Part shown: piece after piece, positions 32,460 through 42,402 of the stretch
How the letters are laid out: the number at the start of each line of letters is the position of its first letter
Position numbering within the stretch: the stretch's first letter is position 1
IMG/VR virus record: IMGVR_UViG_3300048587_000705
Span: 34,643-98,642 of that record
From: a virus
DNA: 64,000 nt
Reading direction: 5' to 3' (one strand)
Notes under the pieces: model-generated
The model's database searches: none
What the model was told of the DNA's origin: nothing
Seen by the model: only the letters and a program-made list of their open reading frames with translations
Program-made: the position numbers and the translations under genes

Positions 32460-32929
32460 TATTTGCCCGTTTTTAGTTTTTTTAGCAAGGTGTAGTATAT
32501 CTTAGGTTTTTTTCTGTCGTACTGCAACATGTTGTACAGGCATTTTTTTGCGTATTTTGAAAATGACCTGTCCATAGACATATACCTTATGCAACTGTTC
32601 TTTGTAGCATCGGTAAACATCTGCAATGTGTATATCTTGTCGTTGACAAATGTTTTGTTGTGGTGCAATGTATCCTTGTCACGTATGTACTTTACCTCTA
32701 CCGCTGCCAAGTATCCATACTCATCGAGCCAAAGACCCCCTTCATGATCACAAGCTACTTCCGACATTGCCCTGAAAATCTCGCACACTGCTTCCTTGAA
32801 TCGCGTCCTGTGTTCTCCTATGGGATTATCCGTCTTTCTGTGGCGCCTGTAAAAAAAATACGCTGTCTGGTCGTGGGGGAAGAGATGCCCTGTCGTACGT
32901 CTTTTAGAGCTCAATTTTTTATCGCTCAT
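32459..32929 (-). CDS. IHF/HU-like protein
   Basis: Helix then G.L.L..YG.L strand pattern; same position as the IHF-like gene between tail genes in crAss-like phages. Confidence 0.45.
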   Translation of the reverse strand: MSDKKLSSKRRTTGHLFPHDQTAYFFYRRHRKTDNPIGEHRTRFKEAVCEIFRAMSEVACDHEGGLWLDEYGYLAAVEVKYIRDKDTLHHNKTFVNDKIYTLQMFTDATKNSCIRYMSMDRSFSKYAKKCLYNMLQYDRKKPKIYYTLLKKLKTGK

Positions 32930-33600
32930 GTGTTCTCATTGTTGTTTGGGTTGTTGTCGGTCGGTATCTGCATGTAGCTCCCCAAAAGTTCCTTTAATGT
33001 CTCCTGCACCACCAATTCCTGTAGCTTGTCACTCCCTACAAACTCCATGTCCAACGGGGATATGCACTCATCACATTTCTCGCACGATGCTTTTTTTGCA
33101 CCCATTCTATCAAGTGTCAATGGTTGCACGTTCACTACCTCTATATATCTATCCACTATGTAAAGATGTCCGTCCTCCCTTACATAATAATATGGTTTGT
33201 TGTTGTTAGGTTTTCTTTTTCTGTCGTTTATATATTTTAGGGGGGTGGTCCTGTCTATCTTTTCAGAATCATCCACGTTGGATACAAGCCTTATTGAATC
33301 ACCATATCTTGAAAAGATAAGTTCTGGAAGTTTTTCCTTGGATTTCATAATAATGCTGCACCTTTTGAACTCTACTATAGGGCAATCTACGGAACGTATC
33401 TGTTCCATCTCAAGACATGGTATGTCGGTAAAGATATTCTCCTCCCTGTACAATGTCATGTCAGAGAGCTTTTGCGCCAAAAAGAACTTCATTTTCTCTC
33501 GGGCAATATGGAGTACGTACCTTCTGGACATAAACCTGTCCTTAGACTTTCTGCGCAGGGCGTTCAATAACCTGTCCGCCAATTTACCTTCTGTAGCCAT
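32926..33600 (-). CDS. Tail ring/adaptor protein
   Basis: 224 aa, KSKEKLPELI...YYYVREDGHLYI...P.DN.PN; gene order. Confidence 0.65.
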   Translation of the reverse strand: MATEGKLADRLLNALRRKSKDRFMSRRYVLHIAREKMKFFLAQKLSDMTLYREENIFTDIPCLEMEQIRSVDCPIVEFKRCSIIMKSKEKLPELIFSRYGDSIRLVSNVDDSEKIDRTTPLKYINDRKRKPNNNKPYYYVREDGHLYIVDRYIEVVNVQPLTLDRMGAKKASCEKCDECISPLDMEFVGSDKLQELVVQETLKELLGSYMQIPTDNNPNNNENT

Positions 33601-33614
33601 AATGTTGCAAATAT

Positions 33615-33750
33615 AGTTATAAATTTTAATGATAAATAATATTCATTTTAATTCTCAACGCTTCTACGAAATTAGCCTCCATTTCACATCGCTGTGAACT
33701 TTTGGTCTTACTATCTCTCCACGTTTATAATCCGCATTAACTCCTACGGT
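33615..33750 (-). ncRNA. Putative cis omegaRNA scaffold of the TnpB; guide about 33595-33614
   Basis: Overlaps the tnpB 3' end. Hairpin CCGUA/UGCGG whose loop AGUUA complements the terminal UAACU (pseudoknot); ACGUGGAG...GUAAGAC...GAAGCGU core. Confidence 0.7.
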
Positions 33751-34827
33751 TTTTCTTTTTATTGTTTTGGAAGCGTTCAAATCTCTGTCCATTTTTATGT
33801 TACCACATCCTGTACATACAAATTCCCTGTCTGATAATTTCACATGTTGTATATTTTCACACTCGTGGCACTCTTTTGTTGATGGCTCAAAAGTACCTAA
33901 AAGAACCACATCTTTATTGTAACCAAATTTTTGCTTGTAGCTTATAAAAGTTTTAAGTTTAGACATTGACGTATCAGATATTGATTTTGACATTGTTTTG
34001 GATGTTAGCATTCTGGTTATATCCAAATTTTCCATTCCTATTTCGTTATAGTTATCAACTATATACCTACTTATGTTGTGTAGATGCCACTCTCTCTGAT
34101 TTTTTATTTTTTTGTGTACTTTGGCAACTTTTAATTTTTGCTTCTTATATCTGTTACTTCCTTTTTTCTTTCGACTTAAATGTCGTTGTGCCCTTTTTAG
34201 TTCTGCGTGGTTCTTGTCAAAACATCTTGGGTTATCAAATTGTAATCCATCACTTAATGTTACAAGTGATGAAACACCTAAATCTATACCTACATTGGGT
34301 TTTTGTTTTTTATTTTCATAGTTTGTTTTCTCTATTTCAAATGATATTGATACATAATAGTCGCCACAAGACTCTTTTGATATCGTGGCTCTTAAAAGAT
34401 AGGCATCTTTGGGTATATTCCTATCTTTTTTAAACTTAACTTTACCAATTTTTTCAAGTTGTATTGTATTTCCCTTTATTTTAAATTTTTGATTGGGGAG
34501 TCTATAGGTTTGCCTTGAATATTTATTTTTATATTTGGGTGCGCCTATTAATTTCTTACGTTTATTGTTAAAGAATTGTGTTTTAGTTTGTTGAAAGTCT
34601 CTTATTTTTTGTTGTAGTGCTGCTTGACTTACCTCCCCTATCCACTCAAACTCTTGTTTTAGTTCTTTTGGAGTTCTGTAAATAGGTTTAGGAAGATTTT
34701 CTTTATGATAGCTTTTAAATACATCTACGTAGTGATTCCATATAAATCTTACACAACCAAAGGTTTTAGAAAATAACTCTTGTTGTGTTTTATTGGGATT
34801 TAATTTATATTTAAAAGATAATACCAC
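33664..34827 (-). CDS. tnpB: TnpB RNA-guided endonuclease (IS200/IS605 superfamily), no TnpA in the window
   Basis: HTH FKYKLNPNKTQ..FGCVRFIWN; RuvC-I GIDLG, RuvC-II MENL, zinc finger CHEC...CTGC, RuvC-III DRDLNAS, all intact. AT-rich relative to flanks. Confidence 0.95.
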   Translation of the reverse strand: MVLSFKYKLNPNKTQQELFSKTFGCVRFIWNHYVDVFKSYHKENLPKPIYRTPKELKQEFEWIGEVSQAALQQKIRDFQQTKTQFFNNKRKKLIGAPKYKNKYSRQTYRLPNQKFKIKGNTIQLEKIGKVKFKKDRNIPKDAYLLRATISKESCGDYYVSISFEIEKTNYENKKQKPNVGIDLGVSSLVTLSDGLQFDNPRCFDKNHAELKRAQRHLSRKKKGSNRYKKQKLKVAKVHKKIKNQREWHLHNISRYIVDNYNEIGMENLDITRMLTSKTMSKSISDTSMSKLKTFISYKQKFGYNKDVVLLGTFEPSTKECHECENIQHVKLSDREFVCTGCGNIKMDRDLNASKTIKRKTVGVNADYKRGEIVRPKVHSDVKWRLIS

Positions 34828-34848
34828 TTAAAAATTATTTATTTTCAA

Positions 34849-34888
34849 CAAATATACGTTTATTATTTGTCCTGTACAAAAATGTCAA
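34849..34888 (-). promoter_or_regulatory. Bacteroidota -33/-7 promoter with upstream TTGACA
   Basis: TTGACA-TT-TTTG-N20-TATATTTG. Confidence 0.75.
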
Positions 34889-34893
34889 TTTTT

Positions 34894-34928
34894 AAACAAG
34901 AAAAGGGAAGAGGTCTATCCTCTTCCCT
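34894..34928 (-). terminator. Intrinsic terminator
   Basis: GGGAAGAGG-ATAGA-CCTCTTCCC followed by TTTTCTTGTTT. Confidence 0.8.
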
Positions 34929-34966
34929 CCCTTTCAAAGAGGAAAACCAAAAACCCCTTTTTGTTC

Positions 34967-36508
34967 TTATATCACTATGTCCACAAACCAAGTCGTGTTG
35001 TCCACGTTGTCCGAGTTTGTGTTAAGGAAAAGGCTTCCCGTTGTGAGGGCGGACGTCGCGGCAGATCTGTTGGCGTACCTTGAGAGTGTAGCTATGTTCC
35101 TGCCTCCTATAAGGTTGGAAGTGGAGACCGTGTTGGCGTTGGTAAGGTCTGCGGAGACCACCCCGCCGCCAGTATCGTTGGCAAGCCTCCCCCCTGAGAA
35201 TATATTGTACCTGAAATATATCCCCGTCCATATACCAGATGCCGTGTTGAAGATATTGGTCAGCGGTATGGAATTGGTCGTGGACGTATATTGGCATATC
35301 ACCGTTGGGTTGTTCGTGCCATACCTGTAAAAAAAGTTGGTTATGGTATCGGGAAACAAAAGACTGCATTTGTCAAGTGTGAGGGTGCATCCAAAAGATG
35401 TCTCTTTTTCAAGGGTAAAGCAGTTTGTCCTTTCCGTGCCGTTTATATAGAACTCACAATTGGTGCACGTTATATTCCCCCCAACTTGGTCAAAGGACTC
35501 CGATGCTATGTTTATAGTAGAACCTTTATAAGAGTGCCTTATCTTACAGTTGGTAAATATGGTCTCGGATTCCCTCCCCATGTTCCAAAAATCCTTTTCC
35601 ACAGACACCAGTTCCGTGCCCTCCACTATAAAATTTTGGAAAGCGGGCATCCCATACCCAGAGGCATTCGAATAGTTGGACTCAAACAATGTGTACCCCG
35701 ATGCCCTTGCGCCGCTGAGTTGTATTTTTCCTGAGCCGTTTATCTTTATAATATTTAACTGTTCCGCTCCACCAGTACTTCCTATGTTCCTAAACCCTTT
35801 TTGGTTAAGTGTCAGTACCGCACCCTCTTTAACGGTTAGGTTGAGCGTCGATTTTATGTTGGTCAAAGTATCATAATCGACAAACCAAGATCCTGTTGAC
35901 GGTGTATGGTTTACGACTGCCCCTTCTTCCAATATTACGTTAAGGTTCCTGTAAGAGAGGTTTCCAGTGAAGGTATAGGTATTTCCTTTTTGTACTATAA
36001 TGGTGGCGTTCTGGTTCTCGGGCGCATCGGCGGTACCGTTACCAACAAAAGCCGTAATGGCGTTCGCAATGGTCTTGAAGGGTTTTCCCAATGTACCGAG
36101 TTCCTCCGAGCCAGTATAAAGGTTGTTCACTATATATTGTTCTATACCTAAGTCTGAAATCTCTATGGTTATGTTGTCGCCTACCGTAGATATATTCAAA
36201 CTGTCCGATTTTAGAGTCCTGAACTGTCTTATTCCACTAGGGGAGATACCTTTGTACACCTCTGCCTCGCCTCCTACGTTCTGTATGACAAAACTACCTG
36301 CGCTCTGTATAAGGTCAAGCAGTTCGCACAGGTACTCATCAATAGCGGTAAGTGCATCCTGTAATGTACCACCACGTGCAAAATCGACACACTCAAGGTC
36401 TATGTTCAGGGTAACGCACTCTGTCCCTGTCTTTATTGCGCAGCCGCAGGAAGATTTTGTTTTGCACCCGCAGTTGGGCACAGTATTGTTACATTTATTA
36501 CATCCCAT
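34967..36508 (-). CDS. Tail spike/fibre with Cys-rich N-terminus and probable beta-helix
   Basis: MGCNKCNN...CVTL; GT..KPFKTIANAI motif that typically opens pectin-lyase-like beta-helices. Confidence 0.65.
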   Translation of the reverse strand: MGCNKCNNTVPNCGCKTKSSCGCAIKTGTECVTLNIDLECVDFARGGTLQDALTAIDEYLCELLDLIQSAGSFVIQNVGGEAEVYKGISPSGIRQFRTLKSDSLNISTVGDNITIEISDLGIEQYIVNNLYTGSEELGTLGKPFKTIANAITAFVGNGTADAPENQNATIIVQKGNTYTFTGNLSYRNLNVILEEGAVVNHTPSTGSWFVDYDTLTNIKSTLNLTVKEGAVLTLNQKGFRNIGSTGGAEQLNIIKINGSGKIQLSGARASGYTLFESNYSNASGYGMPAFQNFIVEGTELVSVEKDFWNMGRESETIFTNCKIRHSYKGSTINIASESFDQVGGNITCTNCEFYINGTERTNCFTLEKETSFGCTLTLDKCSLLFPDTITNFFYRYGTNNPTVICQYTSTTNSIPLTNIFNTASGIWTGIYFRYNIFSGGRLANDTGGGVVSADLTNANTVSTSNLIGGRNIATLSRYANRSAATSALTTGSLFLNTNSDNVDNTTWFVDIVI

Positions 36509-36510
36509 TT

Positions 36511-36735
36511 CTATAAGTTATTTTCTATTGTTGTTACTCTTTCCGTAAGGCTTATTATCCTTGTGGAAATATATTCCACCACTTCGTTGAGCGTGGGTGT
36601 GTCACCCCATCCAAAATATATGTTGATATCATTGGGCAATTCTATCATTTGTACACATTTGGAGTTGTGGAAATCTTCGCATTCCAGTTCGGTGTTGTCC
36701 ACTGTCGGTATTGTCGTTGTTTGGCAGGTTTTCAT
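36511..36735 (-). CDS. Small Cys-containing tail protein
   Basis: 74 aa, C...SKCV motif plus coiled-coil C-terminus. Confidence 0.55.
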   Translation of the reverse strand: MKTCQTTTIPTVDNTELECEDFHNSKCVQMIELPNDINIYFGWGDTPTLNEVVEYISTRIISLTERVTTIENNL

Positions 36736-36737
36736 TT

Positions 36738-37169
36738 TTATGCTGTGTTTGTGTTTATCTGTGTTATCATGGTCTGCAACAGTCCTTTTAACGTTGTTGG
36801 CACTTCACCGCAACTGTCTACTAGACTGCCGAGTTCCAAATCGCAGGGTTCGATGGACATGTCACATATTGCGGTAGATTCAAGTGTTGCTACTTTTTCC
36901 TTTAACATGCAAATTTCCTCCTCGTATTTCTGTACAACTTTTTTGATGTCCTTGTCGCCTATATAAGAAAGGCAATCGTTCGGCACCTCTGATAAATCCA
37001 CTTTGTCAAAAAGGTCGTCTACCAGTTCGTATAAGTCTTTCGTGGTGTCGTCGAGTGTTATACATGGTTGGTTTAGTTTTGTATTATCTCCCAATGTATT
37101 TTCATAATCCACACAGGTAGCAAATGTACTATCGGGACAGGTATTCTTTATTTTATTACAGTTTCCCAT
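36738..37169 (-). CDS. Cys-rich tail fibre-associated protein
   Basis: 143 aa, ATCVDY motif, many cysteines. Confidence 0.6.
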   Translation of the reverse strand: MGNCNKIKNTCPDSTFATCVDYENTLGDNTKLNQPCITLDDTTKDLYELVDDLFDKVDLSEVPNDCLSYIGDKDIKKVVQKYEEEICMLKEKVATLESTAICDMSIEPCDLELGSLVDSCGEVPTTLKGLLQTMITQINTNTA

Positions 37170-37212
37170 TTTTTATATATTCTTAGATTAAGTTTTTTAT
37201 CAAAAGTGTCTT

Positions 37213-37395
37213 TTACATAAACAATAAGCACGTTGACTCGACTTCCTTTTTCTTTACTTTTTCGGTACTGTTGAACCGCTCGTATATGCCGTACACAATT
37301 CCGCCGAATGCCACAGCAAAGACTTCTTTGTCAAAAAGGTATAGTACAAGTGTGCCAATAGCTCCTATTATTCCGAAAATTAGTTTGTTTTTCAT
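37213..37395 (-). CDS. Small two-TM membrane protein
   Basis: Two hydrophobic helices; ATGA overlap with the upstream gene. Confidence 0.5.
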   Translation of the reverse strand: MKNKLIFGIIGAIGTLVLYLFDKEVFAVAFGGIVYGIYERFNSTEKVKKKEVESTCLLFM

Positions 37396-37583
37396 AGTTC
37401 CTTCAATTTAATTTTATAATATTCAACTTTAATCGTGTCGTTCCGTTGTTCGTATTTCTCAATCAAAACGGTGTAAATCTGTTTGCTTTCGTACCCCATT
37501 AATACATCTTCATAAACTTTCACAACGTCTATTTCAGTTTGTGCGAAGGTTAGGAACGGGATTAATAGGAATAGGGTTTTCAT
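37392..37583 (-). CDS. Small protein with a signal peptide
   Basis: MKTLFLLIPFLTFAQ resembles a Bacteroidota Sec signal. Confidence 0.5.
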   Translation of the reverse strand: MKTLFLLIPFLTFAQTEIDVVKVYEDVLMGYESKQIYTVLIEKYEQRNDTIKVEYYKIKLKEL

Positions 37584-37587
37584 AGGT

Positions 37588-39531
37588 TTATATTAAAGGT
37601 ATTCCATTTCTAACTCTATAATCTATTTCTATTGCTTCCGCACCAGTGAACAAAGGTCTATCTCTCCACATTGCCCATTCTTTTCCTTTTGCTTTTAGGG
37701 GAAGAGCATTATTGTATAGTGATCCAAAATAGACATCGTTTGTATCTGTAGACATTCCCGTATATGTTCCCGTCATTGATGTTGTGCCTACTGATGTGTT
37801 GCCATCTAAAATTGCGGAAAGACCCGTATGCACCTTTGAACCATCATATTTAAAAAGAATGGTATGTAAAGTTCCTGCCGTAAACAATGAATCGGGTATT
37901 GTTAAGACAAGGTAATTAGTTAATGATGTTGCTATATAAAATAGTAGATTTGAACCGATTTTAACTATTTGATATTGCTTAAGCGAACCTCCCCTTTTAC
38001 TTATAAAGAACTGATTTCCGCTTTTATCATCCCAAATAAAGGAAATAAGAAACATTGCGCTATAATCTGAAGCACCATTGTCAAGATTAAGTCCAGCAGC
38101 GTTCGGTATTCTTATATTTCTTGTATCACCAAACTGCGCATAACCCGCAGAATATGTCATTGCCGTATCAATTCCATTATTACCGTTACCACTTGAATCA
38201 TTGGAATTGGTCGCAAGTTTCCAATAACCAATCATATCAGTAGCAAAATCAAAAGCACCCGTTGTAGCCTGCGTAACCTCATTACTAAACCCGCTTTTGT
38301 TTCCTACGTCATCAACGGTCTTTAAAGTAATATCGTAGGAAGTGGAAGCGGTCAATCCAGTAATTACCCATCCTTCCGTTGCATCGGTTGTATTCTCTAA
38401 AAACACACCATCAAGCCAAACCTCGTAATAATCAATAGGATTATCAGCACTTGGCGTAGTCCAATCCAAAGTGATTGAGGTATCGTCAAAAGCCGTTACG
38501 TTTAAATCTGCTATTTCACCTACGATTAGTGTTGAAAATGTTATTTCGTTTGAATATGCTGGCGTTTCACTTAATCCGCTACCATTATAAAACTCATCGC
38601 AAGCAGCGATTTTTATAGTATAAGATGTTCCTAAAACTAACCCTATTAATATCTGCCCACTTGCATATATTTCTTTAAAAGGTGTGTATAGTTGTATAGG
38701 GTCATCTGTTCCATCACTTAACCAAACCTCATAAAAAGAAAGTGAGTTTGTTGATGTTGGGGGTGTAAAATTTAATATAACAGTTGTAGATGTAATAACA
38801 CTCACGCTTAAATCCGTAATATTTGCAGGTGGTGTTGTGTTTGCTATAAAATGTGCTTCACCGCCATTTAATACTAATTTATCAATATCTCCATCTTGAC
38901 TACCTCCGTTATTAGTTTCATTAAGAATATTGGTGTATAATTGTAAATTTGAATCTACAAGTAGAAAAGTATTATTGTCTCCAGATGATATTCCAAGTTC
39001 AGCCAAAGGCGCATACAATCTTTGTCCTGAAAATATAGGTTTGTAATTTCCTAATGTTACACGTTGTAGTTTAGGTAAATATCTGTAAAGTATTGGTGTA
39101 TTGTAACAAAAGAAATTATCAGCCGATTTTAATCTAGGGAAATATATTGCTTTTAAATTGGTTTGGACACGCATAAAGTTTGTTCCAACACCCTCAATTT
39201 TTCCCTGTAAATCAAACCAATAAGTAATTATATTATCATAAAATCCAGGGGCATAAAACCTATTATTAGATAATACTAATTTCTTGTTTATTTTACAAGC
39301 AACATTATTGCTACCATCTACTGAAAAATCAGTAATATCTGATTCGGCAATTCCACCTAAAGCAGTAGCTAACAAAGCGGGCGTATTTGCTACTGCTCCA
39401 ATACCACCTATAAAGGTGTTTGGTCCTATCCAAGGTTCATATACTAAAACATCACCTAAGTAGGCTTTATTTATCTCTACACTACCAAGATAGATTTTAT
39501 CTATATCTGTATTTCCTAATTTAATTCCCAT
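37588..39531 (-). CDS. Adhesin/receptor-binding protein: two FN3 domains + LamG/concanavalin-like domain
   Basis: ITDLSVS...L..GTSYTIKI.A.D; GLTASTSYDITLKTVDDVGNKSGFSN; IGYWKL..NSNDSSGNGNNG. Confidence 0.75.
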   Translation of the reverse strand: MGIKLGNTDIDKIYLGSVEINKAYLGDVLVYEPWIGPNTFIGGIGAVANTPALLATALGGIAESDITDFSVDGSNNVACKINKKLVLSNNRFYAPGFYDNIITYWFDLQGKIEGVGTNFMRVQTNLKAIYFPRLKSADNFFCYNTPILYRYLPKLQRVTLGNYKPIFSGQRLYAPLAELGISSGDNNTFLLVDSNLQLYTNILNETNNGGSQDGDIDKLVLNGGEAHFIANTTPPANITDLSVSVITSTTVILNFTPPTSTNSLSFYEVWLSDGTDDPIQLYTPFKEIYASGQILIGLVLGTSYTIKIAACDEFYNGSGLSETPAYSNEITFSTLIVGEIADLNVTAFDDTSITLDWTTPSADNPIDYYEVWLDGVFLENTTDATEGWVITGLTASTSYDITLKTVDDVGNKSGFSNEVTQATTGAFDFATDMIGYWKLATNSNDSSGNGNNGIDTAMTYSAGYAQFGDTRNIRIPNAAGLNLDNGASDYSAMFLISFIWDDKSGNQFFISKRGGSLKQYQIVKIGSNLLFYIATSLTNYLVLTIPDSLFTAGTLHTILFKYDGSKVHTGLSAILDGNTSVGTTSMTGTYTGMSTDTNDVYFGSLYNNALPLKAKGKEWAMWRDRPLFTGAEAIEIDYRVRNGIPLI

Positions 39532-42012
39532 CTAAGCGTCTGTTATAATGTATAAGGTAGTTTCTATTTTTGTTCCTGACGCATATTCAGTCGTTGTGCA
39601 ACTAACTACGTTTTTAATTTTATCAGAACCACTTGGCTCTCCGTAAGTTGACGATAAAAGCGAACTATCATTAAATGTTGTTTTTGAATTTCTAATTAAA
39701 AATGCTTTGGAAATAATATCAGCAAACAAAGTATGCCCATCTTCGTTAGGGTGTAGTCCATCTGTTGTATAAGTTGCTATTGTTTGTAAATTAAATCCAG
39801 AAAGAGAGTATAAATCAATACATTGAACTGAGTAGTCTAAACATATCTGCATTATCAAATCTCTTAAATCTACCATTCCCCAACCATTCCCGTTTTTATC
39901 TCTGTATGTAAACGCCCCACCACCTGATTGATTTATTTCAGGTGGTGTAATAATATAAATCTCTAATTTTGGATTTGAAGTTTTTAGAACTTCAATAAAA
40001 TGCTTTAATTTACCTGCGTAACTTTCAGAATTTACAGTTGCATTACGTTTACCAAGTTCAATTGAATAACGAACATCATTATACCCTAGAAAAATGGAGC
40101 AAATATCAAAACCTAAAAAATAACTAGAATCGCCTAAAATTAGCGCATCTAAATCTTCCGATTGATTTAGAATGTTGTCCCCAGGAACGGCGTTTGAAAC
40201 CGTACCTGTGAATCCTAAAATTTCAGCAACCTTTCCTGTATATTTTATCGTTGAAGTAGTGTATGAAACACTATCGCCAAATATTACCCATTTTTTTTCG
40301 CTAATATCAAGATTATCTGGTAAACTCCCTATATTCCCATAAGGCGCACTAACCAATCTGTAATCGGTCATATCTCCGTTGGTGGTGCCTAAGTACTGGT
40401 AGTAGGCGTACTTTCTTGTTTCGCCTGTGGGGAAGGTTAGGTTTGTGTCTGCGGAAGCATCGGTGACTTTAACTATTTGTTGGTCGGTTTGATTTGCTTG
40501 GTCTAATAACATTAAAGTTATTGTACCATAGGGGTTGTATACTTCTTGTATAGCGCTGTCCGCTAAGTCCAAGGATGCATTTATCTCTGTTGTAAGTTTT
40601 ACCCTTCCTACGCTTCCGTTTTTTATCTCCGCGGTTATATCCTGCCCCGTCAAGGTAAAGTCTATATCTGTACTATCGGTCACGGTAACGGGGTCGTGCA
40701 TACTTTCGGTTATGTTGTCCTGCAACTCCTCTATTGCGGACTGTACGTCCGTTGACACTATATCCCCAAAAGGTGTTACCGATACATTGTCTGCCTCTGG
40801 ATTGAGTGCCTGTTCCTTCTCATCCTGCGTCAAGTGTTGATAATCGCCTACATTAAGCCCGTTCAAGCTGTTGTGCTGCAAGTTGTTGCCTTGTGACACC
40901 CCTGACTGCAACCTTATGTCGTCCAAGAAATATCCTATCGGGTAGGTTCCAAAGGTGGGTCTTGTATGTTTTATATATATTTTTTGTGCCGTGCCCGTTA
41001 TCGTAAAAAGTTCTTTCTGTACCGCCGTGAACTGGTAGCTTCCAGTCAAGTCCCTGTTTATTGGGAGCTGTACTTGGTTGGACACAGGGTTGTCCGTTAT
41101 GTCAAGGTACCCTACGACAAGATAAAGATCTTTTTCGACCGGCTGTTTTAGGTTTATCTTTAAGCTGAGGGTATCCCAATCATCTGGTTCAAAAGGTGAG
41201 CCCTTGTCAAATATGATAAGGTTGTCCTTTTCTACGTCCGTAGACTCTACCGAATAAACACCGCTTTCAGGGTCTGTCGTAGACTCAAAGTCCACTGTAC
41301 CGATACCCGTAAAACTGCCAACCCATTCTTGGTTTTCCCTGTACACCCATTCTGTAACGACCTCCCCGCCGGGCTCCACAGTGTTTGCGGACACTATTAT
41401 GGACGTAAGGTACACCTGTTCACCCACGTTTACCTGCGGTGTGACAGGCTCTTCTGCGGGGATTCCCGTCAGGACGTCAAACCCGTTTATGTCAACGTAC
41501 ACCACATCTATCCTGTCGAGGGATGGGTGCGAGCCCTGTAGTGTTACCTGCCCTGATGGTATGTTATAGACCGTCCCATTTATTTTGACCGTGGCTTCAC
41601 TAACATCGTACACGTACCCACTCCCGCTCCAAGTGACGATACCTCCCGATATAAGACCATTGGGTATCAAGGAATTTATATAGTCCACCATTGTCTGTAC
41701 CGATGGGTACAATGTGTGGTTTATAATAGATACGTCCTGTACCTTGTTGGTCTTGTCCTCTTTTAGGTTCAGTAAGGTTACCAAGTCTGTTTGGTCGGAT
41801 ATGTCACCGCCTATATTGCCCCAATCTACTCCCCTTTCGTTGATAATATCTATTATCATCTGGGTGTTGCCCACTCTCTTTGGTACCCCCGATTGGCTCG
41901 TTACATAGCATTCCACGTCATTTCCGCCAAGGTATATGGCATAGAAATAATCGGGCTTCCATTTTGTTGGAACCTTTGTGTCAGCTATGAATCTAAGTGG
42001 TCTCTCTGCCAT
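39532..42012 (-). CDS. Tail fibre/spike with C-terminal SGNH/GDSL esterase
   Basis: WGNIGGDISDQTDL and HNSLNGL..GDYQHLT fibre motifs; FGDSV...LGYND...DGLHPN. Confidence 0.8.
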   Translation of the reverse strand: MAERPLRFIADTKVPTKWKPDYFYAIYLGGNDVECYVTSQSGVPKRVGNTQMIIDIINERGVDWGNIGGDISDQTDLVTLLNLKEDKTNKVQDVSIINHTLYPSVQTMVDYINSLIPNGLISGGIVTWSGSGYVYDVSEATVKINGTVYNIPSGQVTLQGSHPSLDRIDVVYVDINGFDVLTGIPAEEPVTPQVNVGEQVYLTSIIVSANTVEPGGEVVTEWVYRENQEWVGSFTGIGTVDFESTTDPESGVYSVESTDVEKDNLIIFDKGSPFEPDDWDTLSLKINLKQPVEKDLYLVVGYLDITDNPVSNQVQLPINRDLTGSYQFTAVQKELFTITGTAQKIYIKHTRPTFGTYPIGYFLDDIRLQSGVSQGNNLQHNSLNGLNVGDYQHLTQDEKEQALNPEADNVSVTPFGDIVSTDVQSAIEELQDNITESMHDPVTVTDSTDIDFTLTGQDITAEIKNGSVGRVKLTTEINASLDLADSAIQEVYNPYGTITLMLLDQANQTDQQIVKVTDASADTNLTFPTGETRKYAYYQYLGTTNGDMTDYRLVSAPYGNIGSLPDNLDISEKKWVIFGDSVSYTTSTIKYTGKVAEILGFTGTVSNAVPGDNILNQSEDLDALILGDSSYFLGFDICSIFLGYNDVRYSIELGKRNATVNSESYAGKLKHFIEVLKTSNPKLEIYIITPPEINQSGGGAFTYRDKNGNGWGMVDLRDLIMQICLDYSVQCIDLYSLSGFNLQTIATYTTDGLHPNEDGHTLFADIISKAFLIRNSKTTFNDSSLLSSTYGEPSGSDKIKNVVSCTTTEYASGTKIETTLYIITDA

Positions 42013-42032
42013 TTTTGGTCTTTATGTTTTTG

Positions 42033-42401
42033 CTACCAACTCTTGTTTTCCCAGTTTACGCAATCTGCACACTCACTATTTGAAACGGTTGTTGCTTGGG
42101 AGTAGTTGTGGTAGGTATTTTCTCTTGATACTATCTTTTCGAGTTCACTTTTTTCCTCTGGTACGTATGCTGCGCCGTCACATCCATTTAACTGTGCGTT
42201 TATACTGTCTATCAGCTCACAGTTCTCGGTACAGATATAGGACAATGTCATAAGTGCGTGGTTTCGCTGTTTTCTGTCGGTTCCATTGCCCAACATAAAC
42301 CTTTCTTTCAACAAAAAGTTTTTGGCCTGTTTCAACATGTCCTTCTCAAGGGTGTTCCTTACGCTGTCTATTGTCTTTATGTATATTGATTGGCTCGACA
42401 T
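42033..42401 (-). CDS. Hypothetical tail-region protein
   Basis: 122-aa ORF in the operon. Confidence 0.55.
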   Translation of the reverse strand: MSSQSIYIKTIDSVRNTLEKDMLKQAKNFLLKERFMLGNGTDRKQRNHALMTLSYICTENCELIDSINAQLNGCDGAAYVPEEKSELEKIVSRENTYHNYSQATTVSNSECADCVNWENKSW

Positions 42402-42402
42402 G

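Noticed and set aside
33664-34827. TnpB as a nuclease-dead TldR-type repressor or a Cas12f
   Set aside because: All three RuvC acidic residues are present, and there is no CRISPR array or cas gene in the window.
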